DNA of 64,000 nt. Source: Dicyema japonicum (taxonomy: Eukaryota; Animalia; Dicyemida). Shown here piece after piece: positions 62,913 through 64,000 of the stretch. The stretch covers positions 1,322,350 through 1,386,349 of the forward strand of contig RDEW01000013.1 of NCBI GenBank assembly GCA_011109175.1. The letters are read 5' to 3'. The first letter of the stretch is position 1. Each line of letters begins with the position of its first letter. The notes under the pieces were generated by a model that had not been told where the DNA came from, did not search any database, and saw only the letters and a list, made by a program, of their open reading frames with translations. A program made the translations under genes and the position numbers.

Positions 62913-64000
62913 TCTATATAATAAAAGAATAAGTTGTCAGTCTGTCTGTCCGTGCGCACTTATATAGCTAAAAAAGGATATGCCTAAAATAATTGGAAAA
63001 TAAAATGATTCGACCTCTTCAAGAGATTGGTAATTTAGAAAATTAAAATTCTAAAGAGTTTAAAAAAAGAGATTCATTAGAAAATAGGATGATTCGACCT
63101 TTTTCTTTTATCTGTTACTGAGAAAATTGAAATTAAAAAAAACTTAAATAGAATATTCATGAGGTTACTGAACTTCAAATAACCAAAAATTAACAATGGA
63201 TAAACCAGCAGATGAATTAAATGCATGTCTGAAACCATCGTATTTGTGGACTTTTGTAAAAAAGGTAAGTTTAGATGTAAATATTCGTGCACAAAACAAG
63301 TCATAATACCTTCGCTAAGGTAATTTTAAATGTAGGTAATGGAGCACTCGAAAAAATTCAGAAGATTTAAACTTCCTGAAAAATTATGTATAAATGTACA
63401 CAGCCCAGAAAATTTATTGACTTTTTTATCCAGATCTGCAGGAAAACTACAGGTGTTTCGACTGGCTTCGGGAAAGAGCTATACTAGCACCACTAAATGA
63501 TGAAGTACAAAATATTAACTTGGACTTACTTATTAAATTACCTGGGTTACGACGTATTTATAAATCTATTGATGTAATTATGAATCAAGAATCAGCATGT
63601 GAATTTCCTGTGGAATTTCTAATTTCTTTAGAGCCGTCAGGGATGCCTCATCATACTTTAAAATTAAAAGTAGCAGTTGTTCTATTACGAAATCTAGAAT
63701 CTCAAGGATTATGTAATGGTACAAGATTGGTAGTAAAAAATTTGATGTCTAATATTATAGAAGCAACGATATTAACGGGGCGAAATAAAGGAGAAGACGT
63801 TTACATTCCAAGAATTCCAATAATTTCGGATAAATTACCATTTAATTTAAGAGACTACAATTTCCATTGAAGTTGAGTTTCGCAATGACAATCAACAAAT
63901 CACAGGGAAAAACTCTTAAAGTAGTAGGTTTATATTTAGCAAGTGAATGTTTTGCACATGGACAGTTATATGTAGATTGTTTTAGGGTAGGTGAACGAGA
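62913..64000 (+). mobile_element. Helitron (5' end plus PIF1 helicase C-terminal part; runs off the window)
   Basis: 5' terminus A|TCTATATAATAAAAG...TCTGTCTGTC. Helicase motifs SGMPHHTLKLKV, LRNL...GLCNGTRL, PRIP, FAMTINKSQG and HGQLYV. Confidence 0.85.

Overview
AT-rich eukaryotic genomic DNA (standard code) in which a few compact host genes sit among many transposon copies, mostly decayed (by eye, half or more of the window). Host genes recognised: an intronless class-B DnaJ/Hsp40 with an upstream heat-shock-element-like array, CCDC51, RPS27, SLC25A11, CFAP107, a globin with an N-myristoylation-type N-terminus, and three dispersed LAMP-like type-I membrane protein paralogues. Every intron I could reconstruct (about 23) is a GT-AG intron of 21-29 nt. 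Together with animal-type and ciliary genes, this points to a dicyemid-like parasite (inference). TEs include CRE-clade RLE retrotransposons with an N-terminal PHD finger, RTE, Jockey/I-type, R4-like and Penelope-like retroelements, pogo, hAT, Tc1/IS630, Ginger-like and Helitron DNA elements, and three SINE-like families. Most notable observations: (1) a near-intact 3-kb RTE with a perfect 12-bp TSD inside a 27-nt intron of a LAMP-like gene; (2) a tRNA-Leu(TAA) gene split by a SINE that itself carries a nested LINE fragment; (3) a SINE with a compensatory base-pair change in a predicted four-way junction; (4) a Ginger-like element flanked by ~130-bp direct repeats. Many host genes carry single-base indels at or near homopolymers, so pseudogene versus assembly error cannot be decided from this sequence. 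All alignments and folds were done by eye, and TE boundaries are approximate unless a TSD or TIR is quoted.
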